This document shows positions 27,187-37,210 of a DNA stretch of 64,000 nt, in pieces. The translations under genes were made by a program, and so were the position numbers. The stretch lies in the IMG/VR virus record IMGVR_UViG_3300043410_001471, positions 124,001-188,000 of that record; one strand, written 5' to 3'. Numbering within the stretch: position 1 is the first letter of the stretch; each line of letters opens with the position of its first letter. Under the pieces are notes generated by a model, which was not told the DNA's origin, did no database searches, and was given only the letters and a program-made list of their open reading frames with translations.

Positions 27187-29418
27187 ATGGCAGAAAAAAT
27201 AGTATCACCGGGAGTTTTTACAAAAGAAAACGACCTTTCATTTTTACAGCAAGGTGTAGCTGAAATCGGTGCAGCATTTATTGGTCCTTTTAAAGAAGGT
27301 CCGTTAGTTCCAACAATTGTTAATTCTCAAGCAGAATTCGAAACATTGTTTGGTTCGGTTGATGACACTTATTATACTCCTTTAGCAGTACAATCATATT
27401 TAAGAGAAGCAGGAACTGCAACAATTTGTAGAGTAGCAGGTATTGGTGGTTATACCGAAACCGCTCCTTTATTATTAACTGCAACTTCTGGTTCAGTAAG
27501 TGCATCTTTAGGTATTTTATTTAATACTTCAGGAAGTGCAAATGGTGGGTTTGCAACTGCATCTGTAACATCTTCAGCAGCAGGTGATTTCGTAATACAT
27601 GATGGATATGGTTCGCATATTTCAGCATCATTGGATGTAGCTGATACAAACGATATTGAAGCAGTATTTGGAACATCGGCATTTGGAGCTAAGAAAGCAT
27701 ATTCATATGGATTCTTTAAAAATTCATCTATAACTTTTGATTCAGCAGTTTCAGCATCTGTAACTGTATTAGGAAATCAATTGTTCACATTTGATGCACA
27801 AGAAGCATTGACACCAATGATTAAATCACAAACGATTAGTGGTGATAGATACGATTTATTCCAATTAGAAACTTTAGGAGCAGGTAATGCAGCAAATACT
27901 AAAGTTAAAATTGGTATTACAAATATTAAAGCAGCAGGTAGTGTAAATGGTACTGATTATGGTACATTCACTATTGTTGTAAGAGATTACGCTGATACAA
28001 ACAAAAAGAAAGCAGTATTAGAAACTTGGTCAAATGTTAATTTAGACCCTAACTCTCCTAACTTTATTAGTAGAGTAATCGGTGATAGAAAATTAACAAT
28101 TGATTCTGAAGGTAAAATAAGTGAAACAGGTGATTGGGTAAATAACTCAAAATATGTTAGAGTTGCAAACTTAAATGTAGCAGCTCCGGTACAAGCAGTT
28201 CCATTCGGACACGCAGCTTATACATTGCCAGTATCTGCATCAGCAGGTGTTGGGGCATTAATTCCATCTGTAACATTTGTAACTTCATCAGCAACACAAT
28301 ATGGTGGTATTGATTTAGATAACAATACTGACAACGCAATTTACTTAAAGCCAATTCCGACTGGAGCTGGTGTGGGTTCTAACTCCGTATTTGGATTAGA
28401 TGCATCAAATGGTGGTTCGTTATCAGTAGGTTCTACTTTAGCACAATTTGTTGTAGCATTCCAAGAAGGTTTTGATGGTGTAAATCCAGCAACTCCAATC
28501 TACAAAGGAAGTGATATATCAGCTGGAAACTCACAAGGTTTCAACTTATCTTCTTCAACTGCAAGTGGTTCAGTTGCATACGCTAAACATATCGCAGCAT
28601 TATCAAACGCAGATGAGTGGGATATTAATATGGTTGTAACTCCAGGTGTTATCAGAAGATTACACTCTTCAGTAGCAACTTCAGTATTGGATATGGTTGA
28701 AGCAAGAAATGATTGTTTCTACATTATGGACCAAACAGCGGCTGGTGATTCAATCTCACAAGCTACTACTCAATCTGACGCTGTAGATTCAAATATGGCA
28801 GCAACTTATTATCCTTGGATTAAGACTGTTGATACAAATACTAACAAATTAATTTCAGTTCCACCATCAGTATTATTACCTGGCGTATTCGCTTCTAACG
28901 ATAGAGTAGCAGCAGAATGGTTCGCACCAGCCGGTTTAAATAGAGGTGGTTTGACAGGAGCAGTTAGTGTATTGAATAGATTAACTCAATCTGAAAAAGA
29001 TACATTATATGAAGGAAAGGTAAACCCAATCGTTCAGTTCCCAGGACAAGGTATCGTAGTGTTCGGACAAAAAACATTACAAGATAAACCATCGGCATTG
29101 GATAGAATCAATGTAAGAAGATTATTATTAACTGTTAGAAAATACATCGCATCTACTTCGAGATATTTAGTGTTCGAACAAAACACATCAACTACTAGAA
29201 ATAGATTCTTAAATATTGTAAACCCTTATTTGGAATCAATCCAACAAAGACAAGGTTTATACGCATTTAGAGTTGTGATGGATGATTCAAACAACACACC
29301 GGATGTAATTGATAGAAACATTATGAAAGGGGCTATCTACTTACAACCAACTAAGACAGCTGAATTCATTCAAATCGATTTCAACATCTTACCAACTGGT
29401 GCAAGTTTTAACGGATAA
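27187..29418 (+). CDS. Tail sheath protein (gp18-like)
   Basis: IVSPGVFTKEND, ATYYPW, WFAPAGLNRG, GQKTLQ and DRINVRRLL motifs. Confidence 0.96.
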   Translation: MAEKIVSPGVFTKENDLSFLQQGVAEIGAAFIGPFKEGPLVPTIVNSQAEFETLFGSVDDTYYTPLAVQSYLREAGTATICRVAGIGGYTETAPLLLTATSGSVSASLGILFNTSGSANGGFATASVTSSAAGDFVIHDGYGSHISASLDVADTNDIEAVFGTSAFGAKKAYSYGFFKNSSITFDSAVSASVTVLGNQLFTFDAQEALTPMIKSQTISGDRYDLFQLETLGAGNAANTKVKIGITNIKAAGSVNGTDYGTFTIVVRDYADTNKKKAVLETWSNVNLDPNSPNFISRVIGDRKLTIDSEGKISETGDWVNNSKYVRVANLNVAAPVQAVPFGHAAYTLPVSASAGVGALIPSVTFVTSSATQYGGIDLDNNTDNAIYLKPIPTGAGVGSNSVFGLDASNGGSLSVGSTLAQFVVAFQEGFDGVNPATPIYKGSDISAGNSQGFNLSSSTASGSVAYAKHIAALSNADEWDINMVVTPGVIRRLHSSVATSVLDMVEARNDCFYIMDQTAAGDSISQATTQSDAVDSNMAATYYPWIKTVDTNTNKLISVPPSVLLPGVFASNDRVAAEWFAPAGLNRGGLTGAVSVLNRLTQSEKDTLYEGKVNPIVQFPGQGIVVFGQKTLQDKPSALDRINVRRLLLTVRKYIASTSRYLVFEQNTSTTRNRFLNIVNPYLESIQQRQGLYAFRVVMDDSNNTPDVIDRNIMKGAIYLQPTKTAEFIQIDFNILPTGASFNG

Positions 29419-29431
29419 TTTGAAAAACAAA

Positions 29432-29439
29432 TATTTATA
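29432..29439 (+). promoter_or_regulatory. Putative late promoter TATTTATA
   Basis: Intergenic before the tube gene. Confidence 0.7.
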
Positions 29440-29465
29440 ATAGAAACAACTAAATAGAGAATAAA

Positions 29466-29954
29466 ATGCCAGAAGTATTAGAATTCGACAAAATGTTTTA
29501 TACAAACTTCGAACCAAAGTTGGGAAACCGCTTTATTATGGAAATCGATGGTATAGAATCATATATGATAAAAACAGCTAATAGACCAACTTTCACATCA
29601 GAAATTGTTGAATTAGACCATATTAATGTAAAGAGAAAGATTAAAGGAAAATCCAATTGGGATGATTTAGAAATCACTCTTTATGACCCAATCGTTCCAT
29701 CGGGAGCACAGCAAGTGATGGAGTGGGTAAGACAATCACACGAATCTATCACAGGTAGAGATGGATACGCTTCTTTCTATAAGAAGGATATCACATTCTA
29801 TTTGTTAGGACCAGTAGGTGATAAAGTTGAACAATGGACTCTTAAAGGAGCATTCATTTCTTCAGCAAACTTTGGTGAATTGGATTGGGCTTCAAATGAC
29901 CCACTTTCAATATCTTTAACTTTAACATTTGATTACGCAATTCTTGAGTACTAA
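29466..29954 (+). CDS. Tail tube protein (gp19-like)
   Basis: FEPKLGNRFIMEIDGI...ITLYDPIVPSGAQQVMEW...WTLKGAF; directly after the sheath gene. Confidence 0.92.
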   Translation: MPEVLEFDKMFYTNFEPKLGNRFIMEIDGIESYMIKTANRPTFTSEIVELDHINVKRKIKGKSNWDDLEITLYDPIVPSGAQQVMEWVRQSHESITGRDGYASFYKKDITFYLLGPVGDKVEQWTLKGAFISSANFGELDWASNDPLSISLTLTFDYAILEY

Positions 29955-29983
29955 TCTTTAATTGTAAAACTTAAAATAATTAA

Positions 29984-30010
29984 GGGGTGTAGAAATACAT
30001 CCCTTTTTTT
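29984..30010 (+). terminator. Intrinsic terminator after the tube gene
   Basis: ggggtgta-GAAA-tacatccc followed by T7; same GTA-GAAA-TAC apex as the capsid terminator. Confidence 0.88.
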
Positions 30011-30058
30011 ATGTCTTATTTAGAATGATTCCAAATTTTAAAAATATTTTAAAAAAGA

Positions 30059-30100
30059 CTTGACTTTTGTCGTGAAATGTGTTACCTTTACTATGTAATA
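30059..30100 (+). promoter_or_regulatory. Host-RNAP (early) promoter, copy 1
   Basis: CTTG-N20-TACCTTTA, equivalently TTGACT-N17-TACCTT; shares TACCTTTACTATGTAATA with copy 2. Confidence 0.75.
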
Positions 30101-30127
30101 AGAGTTAAACATAAATCAATAATCATT

Positions 30128-30424
30128 ATGAACATTTCAGAATTAAATTTGACCGAATTAGAATCTAAAACCTTAACTGCTTTCACCGATTGTTTATACG
30201 CTGAACCTGGTTTCTCCGATGTGGATGTAAGTGATATTAGTGAGTGTACTGGTATTTCTACTAAAAGTATCAGAGGTGCTTTGGGTTCTTTGGTTAAAAA
30301 GGGAGTAGTTACCATTAACAAAAACGATGGTGGTTACGATATTATTGACCTTAATGTTCGTTACTGGCATTTAGTGAACGAAAGTTGGGCAGAAGAAGCT
30401 GAATATATTTTGAAAAATAATTAA
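30128..30424 (+). CDS. Small winged-HTH-like protein
   Basis: VDVSDISECTGISTKSIRGALGSLVKKGVV; the ATG at 30128 is preferred over the track start because it lies downstream of the promoter. Confidence 0.65.
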   Translation: MNISELNLTELESKTLTAFTDCLYAEPGFSDVDVSDISECTGISTKSIRGALGSLVKKGVVTINKNDGGYDIIDLNVRYWHLVNESWAEEAEYILKNN

Positions 30425-30431
30425 GAAAAAG

Positions 30432-30473
30432 CTTGACTTTTTGCTTCGAATTGTGTACCTTTACTATGTAATA
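30432..30473 (+). promoter_or_regulatory. Host-RNAP (early) promoter, copy 2
   Basis: CTTG-N20-TACCTTTA followed by CTATGTAATA, 4 nt before the ATG at 30478. Confidence 0.75.
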
Positions 30474-30477
30474 AAAA

Positions 30478-30696
30478 ATGAGAGATATGAATGACTTAAT
30501 CGATGTTAGAGGAATGAGTGTTAATGAGTATTGTAACTTTTTGGAGAGTAGAGCTCTTCATTTGGGAATTCCTCCCCATGAGTTGAATATGGATATTTTC
30601 TTTGAGAGAATGTTGATTTCCGATGAGATGTATGAGAGAGCAAAGTGGGAGTTGGTACAGCGTAAGCAGTATATGGAAGAAGAATGTGAGTTTTAA
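30478..30696 (+). CDS. Small acidic hypothetical (early) protein
   Basis: ORF directly behind promoter copy 2. Confidence 0.6.
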   Translation: MRDMNDLIDVRGMSVNEYCNFLESRALHLGIPPHELNMDIFFERMLISDEMYERAKWELVQRKQYMEEECEF

Positions 30697-30715
30697 ACCT
30701 TAAAATATAAAAGTT

Positions 30716-30961
30716 ATGTCAAATTTTGAATTTACATTTAAAACAAATGCTGAATATATTGCAGCAAAAATTACGGGGTACATTGATGAATACAAATGTG
30801 TTAGAGTAGATACCATTTCATCGGAAGGTTGGAATATAGATTTTCCACTACATACCGAAGAGGAGTATAATGATTACTTATCAAATCATTCAAAAAATGG
30901 GGATAGAATTCTTAAAACCTATCCATCTACTACCTTTTACGAATCAAAGTGGAATTATTAA
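30716..30961 (+). CDS. Small hypothetical (early) protein
   Basis: A-rich start; ends just before the terminator. Confidence 0.6.
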   Translation: MSNFEFTFKTNAEYIAAKITGYIDEYKCVRVDTISSEGWNIDFPLHTEEEYNDYLSNHSKNGDRILKTYPSTTFYESKWNY

Positions 30962-30983
30962 AATTTTCATAATGTTTAAAAAT

Positions 30984-31015
30984 AAAGCAGTGGGGATATT
31001 CCTCACTGCTTTTTT
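30984..31015 (+). terminator. Intrinsic terminator closing the early island
   Basis: aaagcagtgggga-tat-tcctcactgcttt followed by T-run. Confidence 0.85.
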
Positions 31016-31055
31016 GTTTTATATATACTTATATATAAACATTAAGTTATTATTT

Positions 31056-31865
31056 ATGGAAGAAAATATCGAACAACAAGTTACAAGAGGATTGGGTTCT
31101 CAAAATTCACAAAGAACTTTCCCATTTCCAACAGAGGTTATTAGTTTACCATCAAAAGGTTTATGTTACCCAGAATCATCCCCACTATCTAAAGGAGAAA
31201 TTACAATCAAATTAATGACAGCTAAAGAAGAAGATATTCTTACTTCAGCAAATTTAATTAAAAAGGGTATCCATTTGGATAAATTATTGGAATCGGTAGT
31301 AGTTGAACCTGGTGTTAATATTAATGATTTATTAATTGGTGATAAAAACGCCATTTTAATAACATCTAGAATATTGGCATTTGGACCTGAATATACAGTA
31401 ACAGTATCAGACCCTGAAAGTGGACAACCAACCGAAGTTAATGTCGATTTATCTAAAATAAAAATAAAAGAAGTAGATGAATCATTGTTAAATAGACAAA
31501 ACGAATATAGTTTTGTACTACCTATTTCAAAAACGCCTATTAAGTTTAAGTTATTAACTCATAATGATGAAATCATAATCAATAAAGATATTGAAGCATC
31601 TGAAAAAGCATTAAAGCAAAGTAATGAGATAACTACAAGATATAGACGTATAATTATTGAAGTAGATGGTAATAGAGAAGTAGGTACTATTAGTAATTTC
31701 GTAGCAAATCGTTTATTAGCAGGTGATTCAAAAGCATTGAGAAAATACATAGCTTCAATTACACCTGATTTGGATTTAAAGTTTGATTATGAATCCCCAT
31801 TGACCGGTGAGAAGGAGGCTCTCCGAATCCCATTTGGGGTAGACTTTTTTTACCCTGCCGAATAA
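31056..31865 (+). CDS. Tail/baseplate-hub assembly chaperone (gp26/gp51-like; gpG equivalent)
   Basis: EVISLPSKG...MTAKEEDILTS...LLIGDKNAILI...RIPFGVDFFYP; the real start is the ATG at 31056, after the terminator and the TACTTATA motif. Confidence 0.8.
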   Translation: MEENIEQQVTRGLGSQNSQRTFPFPTEVISLPSKGLCYPESSPLSKGEITIKLMTAKEEDILTSANLIKKGIHLDKLLESVVVEPGVNINDLLIGDKNAILITSRILAFGPEYTVTVSDPESGQPTEVNVDLSKIKIKEVDESLLNRQNEYSFVLPISKTPIKFKLLTHNDEIIINKDIEASEKALKQSNEITTRYRRIIIEVDGNREVGTISNFVANRLLAGDSKALRKYIASITPDLDLKFDYESPLTGEKEALRIPFGVDFFYPAE

Positions 31866-32070
31866 CTACTCTGTAATATTACATCAGAAAATTTTTCAGA
31901 TGATTTACTTTGCTAATGGTGGATTTAATTGGCATGATTTATATTATATGCCTATTAAATTACGAGATTTTTATTGGAGAGAACTTCTTAAAACAAAAGA
32001 AGAAGAAAACGAAACAATTGAAGCTGCAAAATCTAAATCAAATAATTCTTCTAAAACGAGAAGAAGATGA
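31846..32070 (+). CDS. Overlapping +1-frame extension of the tail chaperone (gpT equivalent)
   Basis: FFTLPNNYSVILHQKIFQMIYFANGGFNWHDLYYMPIKLRDFYWRELLKTKEEENE...RRR*; 74 codons, absent from the ORF track. Confidence 0.75.
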   Translation, partial: FFTLPNNYSVILHQKIFQMIYFANGGFNWHDLYYMPIKLRDFYWRELLKTKEEENETIEAAKSKSNNSSKTRRR

Positions 32071-32102
32071 TATTTATAATAGTATTATAATATAAAAAAA
32101 TT

Positions 32103-32357
32103 ATGTCTAAACGAATATTAGTAAAAGAAGCCGGTTTAATGAATTTTTTCAAAAGCTTTTTTAAAGCAAAAGCTGATGGAAATGAAAGTGAATGGCTTCA
32201 AAAATTAAGAAAAGCTGACCCTAAGTTAGCAGATATATGGCATGATTATGATAAATCATTATCTAATGATATGAAGGTACAAAAAGCAGCTATGGATAGA
32301 TTGGGGTTAGATTCCAGTCATATAGATGATTTTACTAAACAATATGGTATAAAGTAA
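32103..32357 (+). CDS. Small hypothetical protein with head-protein-like leader
   Basis: Own TATTTATA at 32071; leader MSKRILVKE. Confidence 0.65.
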   Translation: MSKRILVKEAGLMNFFKSFFKAKADGNESEWLQKLRKADPKLADIWHDYDKSLSNDMKVQKAAMDRLGLDSSHIDDFTKQYGIK

Positions 32358-32369
32358 TCATTTTCTTAG

Positions 32370-35255
32370 ATGGCTAAACAAACACCCAAAGGTAAAGCAG
32401 GAGTTCCTAGACAGATAAGAGGTCTTGCACAAGATTCTGCAGCAGACTATAATTCATTAAGTCAGCAAGCCGATATATGGGATAAAATAAACAAAGCAAA
32501 AAAAGAAGGGCAAAAATACGATGAACGCGCATTAAAATATTTTGAAGAACAATATGGTTCTTTAAAAAATTTAAAAGATAAAGCGGATGATGTATTTAAA
32601 AAGTGGGAAAAATTTACCGATAAAATTGAAGATTCAAACGATACTATTAAAAAAGTATTAAATAATTTCGATGATATCGATGATACCATAGCAAGTATTG
32701 GAAATCAAATTGGTAAAAACAATAAATTATACGATACTTTTGCCACTCAATTAAAATCTACAAAAACATCAATGCAAAGTGTTTCCAACATTTTGCAAAA
32801 TTCATCAGATTTAACGGAAGGACAGGTAGAATCCGCTACAAATGCTGCTAAATCTTATAAAGATATGGGCATTTCCATTGCCAATGCTAGTAAAGAATTG
32901 CAAAATGGAAAAATAACTCAATCGGAATTTAATGATATTGTAAAAAAATCATATGAAAATTTTGAAGAATTATCTTCAAAAATTGATGATTCTACTGAAT
33001 CGGGTAAAGCATTATTAGAAATATTTGCAAGTGGTAAAGCAAAAGTAGATGCATTTAATGAATCGGCTAAAAAAAGTGCAGAATATTTAGATTCTATAAA
33101 TCAAACATTAGATACATTTGGAGGTTCGGGGATACCATTAGCTGGTCAAATGTCTGATGTGTTTAAGAAGATGGCAAATAAGGATGTGCCAGGACTTAAA
33201 GCAGGATTAGTTGCATTAGGGGCAGCAGCTGGTGCATTAGCAGCAAGTTATTTTGGCGCACCTATGCAAGTTGCAATTGAAACCTATTATGATAAACAAC
33301 AAAACATAATAGATGGAGCAAAAGAACTTGTAAAAATAAATAATGAGAGAGGATTCATACCACAAAAAATTGGATTAGAACTTTCTCAATCTCAAATTGA
33401 TAATCAGAACGAATTAAATAGATTAGGAGTAGAAAGAGAATTTGCAGCACAAAAAGCAGCAAATCAATTCAGTGCTACTATGAAATCTAATACGGCTGAA
33501 TTCCAAGCAGCATCAAAAACTGCATTATTTGGCAATTCTATTGGAAGTGTTTCATATGCAGCAGGTCAATTACAATTGGCAGGAGTTGGCGCAGAGCAAA
33601 TCGCAAGTTCTATGACAGCAGCTGCCGATGCTACTGGTAGAATGCCAACGGCTAAAATTGGGTCTGATATGGCTGTTTTACAAAGTAGAACAGGCGCTTC
33701 GGCTGAAAGTATAGCATCAATCAATGAGGCATACATGCGTATGGATGGGTTGAGTGCAGGAACGGCACTCAATATGCAAGAAGGATTGAGAGCAATGTCT
33801 GACCAAGCTAAAGTTAATTTAGGTGGGGTAATGGAGGAAATGGCAACCGCATCTAAAGATATGCTTGGATATCAAATCAAAAGCGCATCTGCATTATCAA
33901 AGCAAGTTATTTTTGCTAAATCAATGGGAGTTAGTTTTAATGATATAGCAAAGGCTGGGCAAGGTATGGTATTGAACTACAAAGATAGTATCAAATCAGA
34001 AATGCAGTTATCAGCTATGTTGGGTAAAAATGTAGACCTTTCAGAAGTAAGAGCTAAATTTGCAAGTGGTGATACATCCGGAGCAATAAGTGCATTAAAA
34101 GCGCAAGGTTTAGACCCTGCTAATATGGACATGTTCCAACAACAAATGTTGCAACAAGCGACTGGTATGGATTTAACTACTTTATCAAAGATAAATCAAA
34201 ATACAGGTAAATCGGTTAGTGCAGTAAGTGGAAATGTAAAAGCTGGTAATCAATCATTTTTAAGTAGAACTCAATCCGCTCAACAAACATTAGCTTCTCA
34301 ACAAGCTATAATATCAGCCGACCAAGCTATTGTAGATGCTAAATTATCTCAAAAAATTACCGAAGCATATTTAAAATCACCTGGATACCTTGCATATCAA
34401 AATTCATTGGCAGACCAACAAGCTAAGCAGGCTCAATTAAATACTCTTATTGAAGAAGCATTACTTAACAGTCCTCAAATGCAGGCTTTAAAAGCTCAAG
34501 AAAAGCAATTGAGTACTCAAAGAACTATTGGTGAAAATGTATTACCAACTGTAGGTGGAATTGCTGGTGGATTACTTACAAATAAACTTTTACCAAAAGC
34601 CGCTGGGGCAGGTGGAGGTCTTTTAAGTAAAGCCGGTGGATTTTTAGGAAAAGCTGGTGGTGGTATATTGGGAAAAGCTGGTGGATTATTGGGCAAAGTT
34701 GCAGCACCATTGATGATTGCAAAAGGACTTTATGATGGTTTTCAAGGATTTACAGCAGATAAAGATGCATCAACTGGTGATAAATTTCTTAATGCCGGTA
34801 GTAGTATATTAAGTGGATTGACATTTGGTTTACTTGGAAAGGATTCGGATACAATAAAAGCAGAAGCTGAAGCTAGAAAGAAAGGTAGTACTCCAGGAAC
34901 ATCTCCTGCTCCAACTGCTACTCAAGTAGCAGCTGCGACACCCGCTAATACTTCGGTTGCCGTTACGGATAAGTGGATGCAAGATAAACTTACCAAAATG
35001 AGTGGTAATTTGGAAAGAGTGGTTGATAGGACTCATAAAACTATGATGAATACTGCTCAATCTACCAAAGAATTACAAACTTTGAATGCAAATACAAAAG
35101 CAATGCTTACATTAACGAAAACAATCGAAGCATTGACTGTTGCAACCTATACAGGTACTGATAAAGCAGTTGTATTATCATTAGATGGTAAGCATATTGC
35201 AGCATCTTATACTAAGTACAAAGGAAATACTGAAGGTACTACACCTAAGAAATAA
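32370..35255 (+). CDS. Tape measure protein
   Basis: Long helical Ala/Gln/Lys-rich protein with GGxLGKAGG repeats, downstream of tube and chaperone genes. Confidence 0.8.
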   Translation: MAKQTPKGKAGVPRQIRGLAQDSAADYNSLSQQADIWDKINKAKKEGQKYDERALKYFEEQYGSLKNLKDKADDVFKKWEKFTDKIEDSNDTIKKVLNNFDDIDDTIASIGNQIGKNNKLYDTFATQLKSTKTSMQSVSNILQNSSDLTEGQVESATNAAKSYKDMGISIANASKELQNGKITQSEFNDIVKKSYENFEELSSKIDDSTESGKALLEIFASGKAKVDAFNESAKKSAEYLDSINQTLDTFGGSGIPLAGQMSDVFKKMANKDVPGLKAGLVALGAAAGALAASYFGAPMQVAIETYYDKQQNIIDGAKELVKINNERGFIPQKIGLELSQSQIDNQNELNRLGVEREFAAQKAANQFSATMKSNTAEFQAASKTALFGNSIGSVSYAAGQLQLAGVGAEQIASSMTAAADATGRMPTAKIGSDMAVLQSRTGASAESIASINEAYMRMDGLSAGTALNMQEGLRAMSDQAKVNLGGVMEEMATASKDMLGYQIKSASALSKQVIFAKSMGVSFNDIAKAGQGMVLNYKDSIKSEMQLSAMLGKNVDLSEVRAKFASGDTSGAISALKAQGLDPANMDMFQQQMLQQATGMDLTTLSKINQNTGKSVSAVSGNVKAGNQSFLSRTQSAQQTLASQQAIISADQAIVDAKLSQKITEAYLKSPGYLAYQNSLADQQAKQAQLNTLIEEALLNSPQMQALKAQEKQLSTQRTIGENVLPTVGGIAGGLLTNKLLPKAAGAGGGLLSKAGGFLGKAGGGILGKAGGLLGKVAAPLMIAKGLYDGFQGFTADKDASTGDKFLNAGSSILSGLTFGLLGKDSDTIKAEAEARKKGSTPGTSPAPTATQVAAATPANTSVAVTDKWMQDKLTKMSGNLERVVDRTHKTMMNTAQSTKELQTLNANTKAMLTLTKTIEALTVATYTGTDKAVVLSLDGKHIAASYTKYKGNTEGTTPKK

Positions 35256-35277
35256 TTCAATAAATTTTCTTAAAGGA

Positions 35278-35285
35278 TATTTATA
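35278..35285 (+). promoter_or_regulatory. Putative late promoter TATTTATA
   Basis: Intergenic before 35306; further copies at 25362, 32071, 39946 and 42062. Confidence 0.65.
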
Positions 35286-35305
35286 GTAAATAGAATATAC
35301 TATCA

Positions 35306-36895
35306 ATGCCAACAATCTTAGATTTATTTAAAAACGCAAATGGTAATAAAGATGTTACCACTTGGAATGGAGGACATAAAGATAAAGGAATAATCGGTGG
35401 TGCGATGGATTTTGTTCAAGCTGAATTGAATCCAAACGGACCAAGAATTACTTTTTATAAAAAATTGGTAACTCCTCCATTATTGTATGGTACTGAAACA
35501 CCTAGAATATCTCTTAAAGGTACAGTAGACCCTCCAAGAAGTTTAGCAACTACATCGGCCAGATATAACGAAGACCCGACAAAAAAACCACCTTTATTAA
35601 ATTTAGGTTCTTTATTGGGTGGTTCTGCTAATAGACCTTCTGATACAATTTTTGAAACAAAAACAGGAGCACCTGTTACAAAGGGAACATTACCAGCATC
35701 TGTTGGTGACCATTCTGCTGAAAGATATGCAATTGAAGGTGGTAAAACGGAATATTTTATAAGTAAAGCTCCAATAGGAACTAATGCACTTTCTGGTGTA
35801 TTAAAAGGTGATATGAATCAAATGGCTGGTAAAGCTATTGGCGCAGGTATTGGTGCAGCTAAAAAAGCAATTGGTAAAGCGGTTACGGGATTAGTAACTA
35901 AAAAAAGAAAAAAGGGACAAAAGCCACAACCGGAAAATAATAATAAAAATTTAGCCGGTAAACTATATAATAATAAACAAACAAATTCAGATTATTTTAC
36001 AAATTATACAGGAAAAACTCCTACTAAATTAGTTGAAAGAAAATCGGATGAATATATTAGTTTAGATAAATTTAATAAAATTTTATTGAGTAATGGTGAT
36101 TTTGATACTGATTCCCAATTCGATGATGCGATAAAAGCTAATAAAAAATTAGGACAGACTTATATTAAAATAAAACCATATGGTAAACAATATTCATTGG
36201 TATTTCCAGCATCAATTAGTGGATTAAGTGAAGATATTACACCTGAATGGAGTGATTTTAAATACTTGGGTTCTCCATATAAAATAAAAAAATATGGTGG
36301 AGTTGAAAGAAGCTTGAAGTTTGAATTTAAATTATATTATTTAGATGAGATAACAAAATATAGAATGATATCGAATTTAAATTCTTTGAAAGAATTGGTA
36401 TTTCCATATAATGAGATATCTCATATAAAATATTCGGATAGAGATACCGCATTATCTTACTCTCCAAATTTAATAGAACTTACACTTGGTAATTTGTATA
36501 AAAATGTTTTAGGAGTGATAGATTCATTATCATTTTCAATAGATGATAATGTATCTTGGGCAACTACTGACCCAAATCAAGCAAGCTCCGCTGAATTTAA
36601 TAGTAGAATATACCCAACAGTTATAAATGTTAGTTTTGGTATGAAAATTATAGAACGACATGTAGTTGATGATAGTGCAACTAATACGGGTACTAAAGTT
36701 ATAAGATATAGATTTGATGGATATGATAATTACACAATATCTGAAAGAGCTGAAGTTGAACGTGATATGGACAAACTAGCCAAAGATATACAAAGTAGTA
36801 TTATACAAAAGCAAACTAAAAATGCTGAAGATGAAATGGAGAATGGATTACAAACTCCTCCAGATGAAAACCCTTCAGCCGTAGAACCTAAATAA
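35306..36895 (+). CDS. Baseplate/tube-initiator-like protein
   Basis: C-terminal FPASISGLSEDITPEW...YLG...GGVERSLKFEF motif; synteny after the tape measure gene. Confidence 0.6.
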   Translation: MPTILDLFKNANGNKDVTTWNGGHKDKGIIGGAMDFVQAELNPNGPRITFYKKLVTPPLLYGTETPRISLKGTVDPPRSLATTSARYNEDPTKKPPLLNLGSLLGGSANRPSDTIFETKTGAPVTKGTLPASVGDHSAERYAIEGGKTEYFISKAPIGTNALSGVLKGDMNQMAGKAIGAGIGAAKKAIGKAVTGLVTKKRKKGQKPQPENNNKNLAGKLYNNKQTNSDYFTNYTGKTPTKLVERKSDEYISLDKFNKILLSNGDFDTDSQFDDAIKANKKLGQTYIKIKPYGKQYSLVFPASISGLSEDITPEWSDFKYLGSPYKIKKYGGVERSLKFEFKLYYLDEITKYRMISNLNSLKELVFPYNEISHIKYSDRDTALSYSPNLIELTLGNLYKNVLGVIDSLSFSIDDNVSWATTDPNQASSAEFNSRIYPTVINVSFGMKIIERHVVDDSATNTGTKVIRYRFDGYDNYTISERAEVERDMDKLAKDIQSSIIQKQTKNAEDEMENGLQTPPDENPSAVEPK

Positions 36896-36904
36896 ACTTA
36901 AATT

Positions 36905-37207
36905 ATGGCGAGTAGATATACATACAGTGAAGTTTTAAAAACAAAAGAAACCAAAAAAGAATATTTGGAATCTACTCTATATCCCATCGTTAAACCAAAT
37001 GATAAGGATATGTATATTATTTCTGAAGCTGGTGATAGATTGGATTTATTGGCACATAAATACTATGGTGATACATCTATGTGGTGGATTATAGCAACTG
37101 CTAACAATATAAATGATGCAACATTTTATGTAGAAGCTGGTAGACAATTGAGAATACCATTTGATACAAATACTATATTGAATGATTTAAGAAAAATAAA
37201 TAAATAA
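36905..37207 (+). CDS. LysM-like baseplate protein (tail X/gp53-like)
   Basis: GDRLDLLAHKYYGDTSMWWIIATAN...GRQLRIP. Confidence 0.85.
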   Translation: MASRYTYSEVLKTKETKKEYLESTLYPIVKPNDKDMYIISEAGDRLDLLAHKYYGDTSMWWIIATANNINDATFYVEAGRQLRIPFDTNTILNDLRKINK

Positions 37208-37210
37208 GTT

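Noticed and set aside
30870-31055. Extended N-terminus of ORF 30870..31865
   Set aside because: It overlaps ORF 30716..30961 and runs through an intrinsic terminator and the late motif; ATG 31056 is the sensible start.
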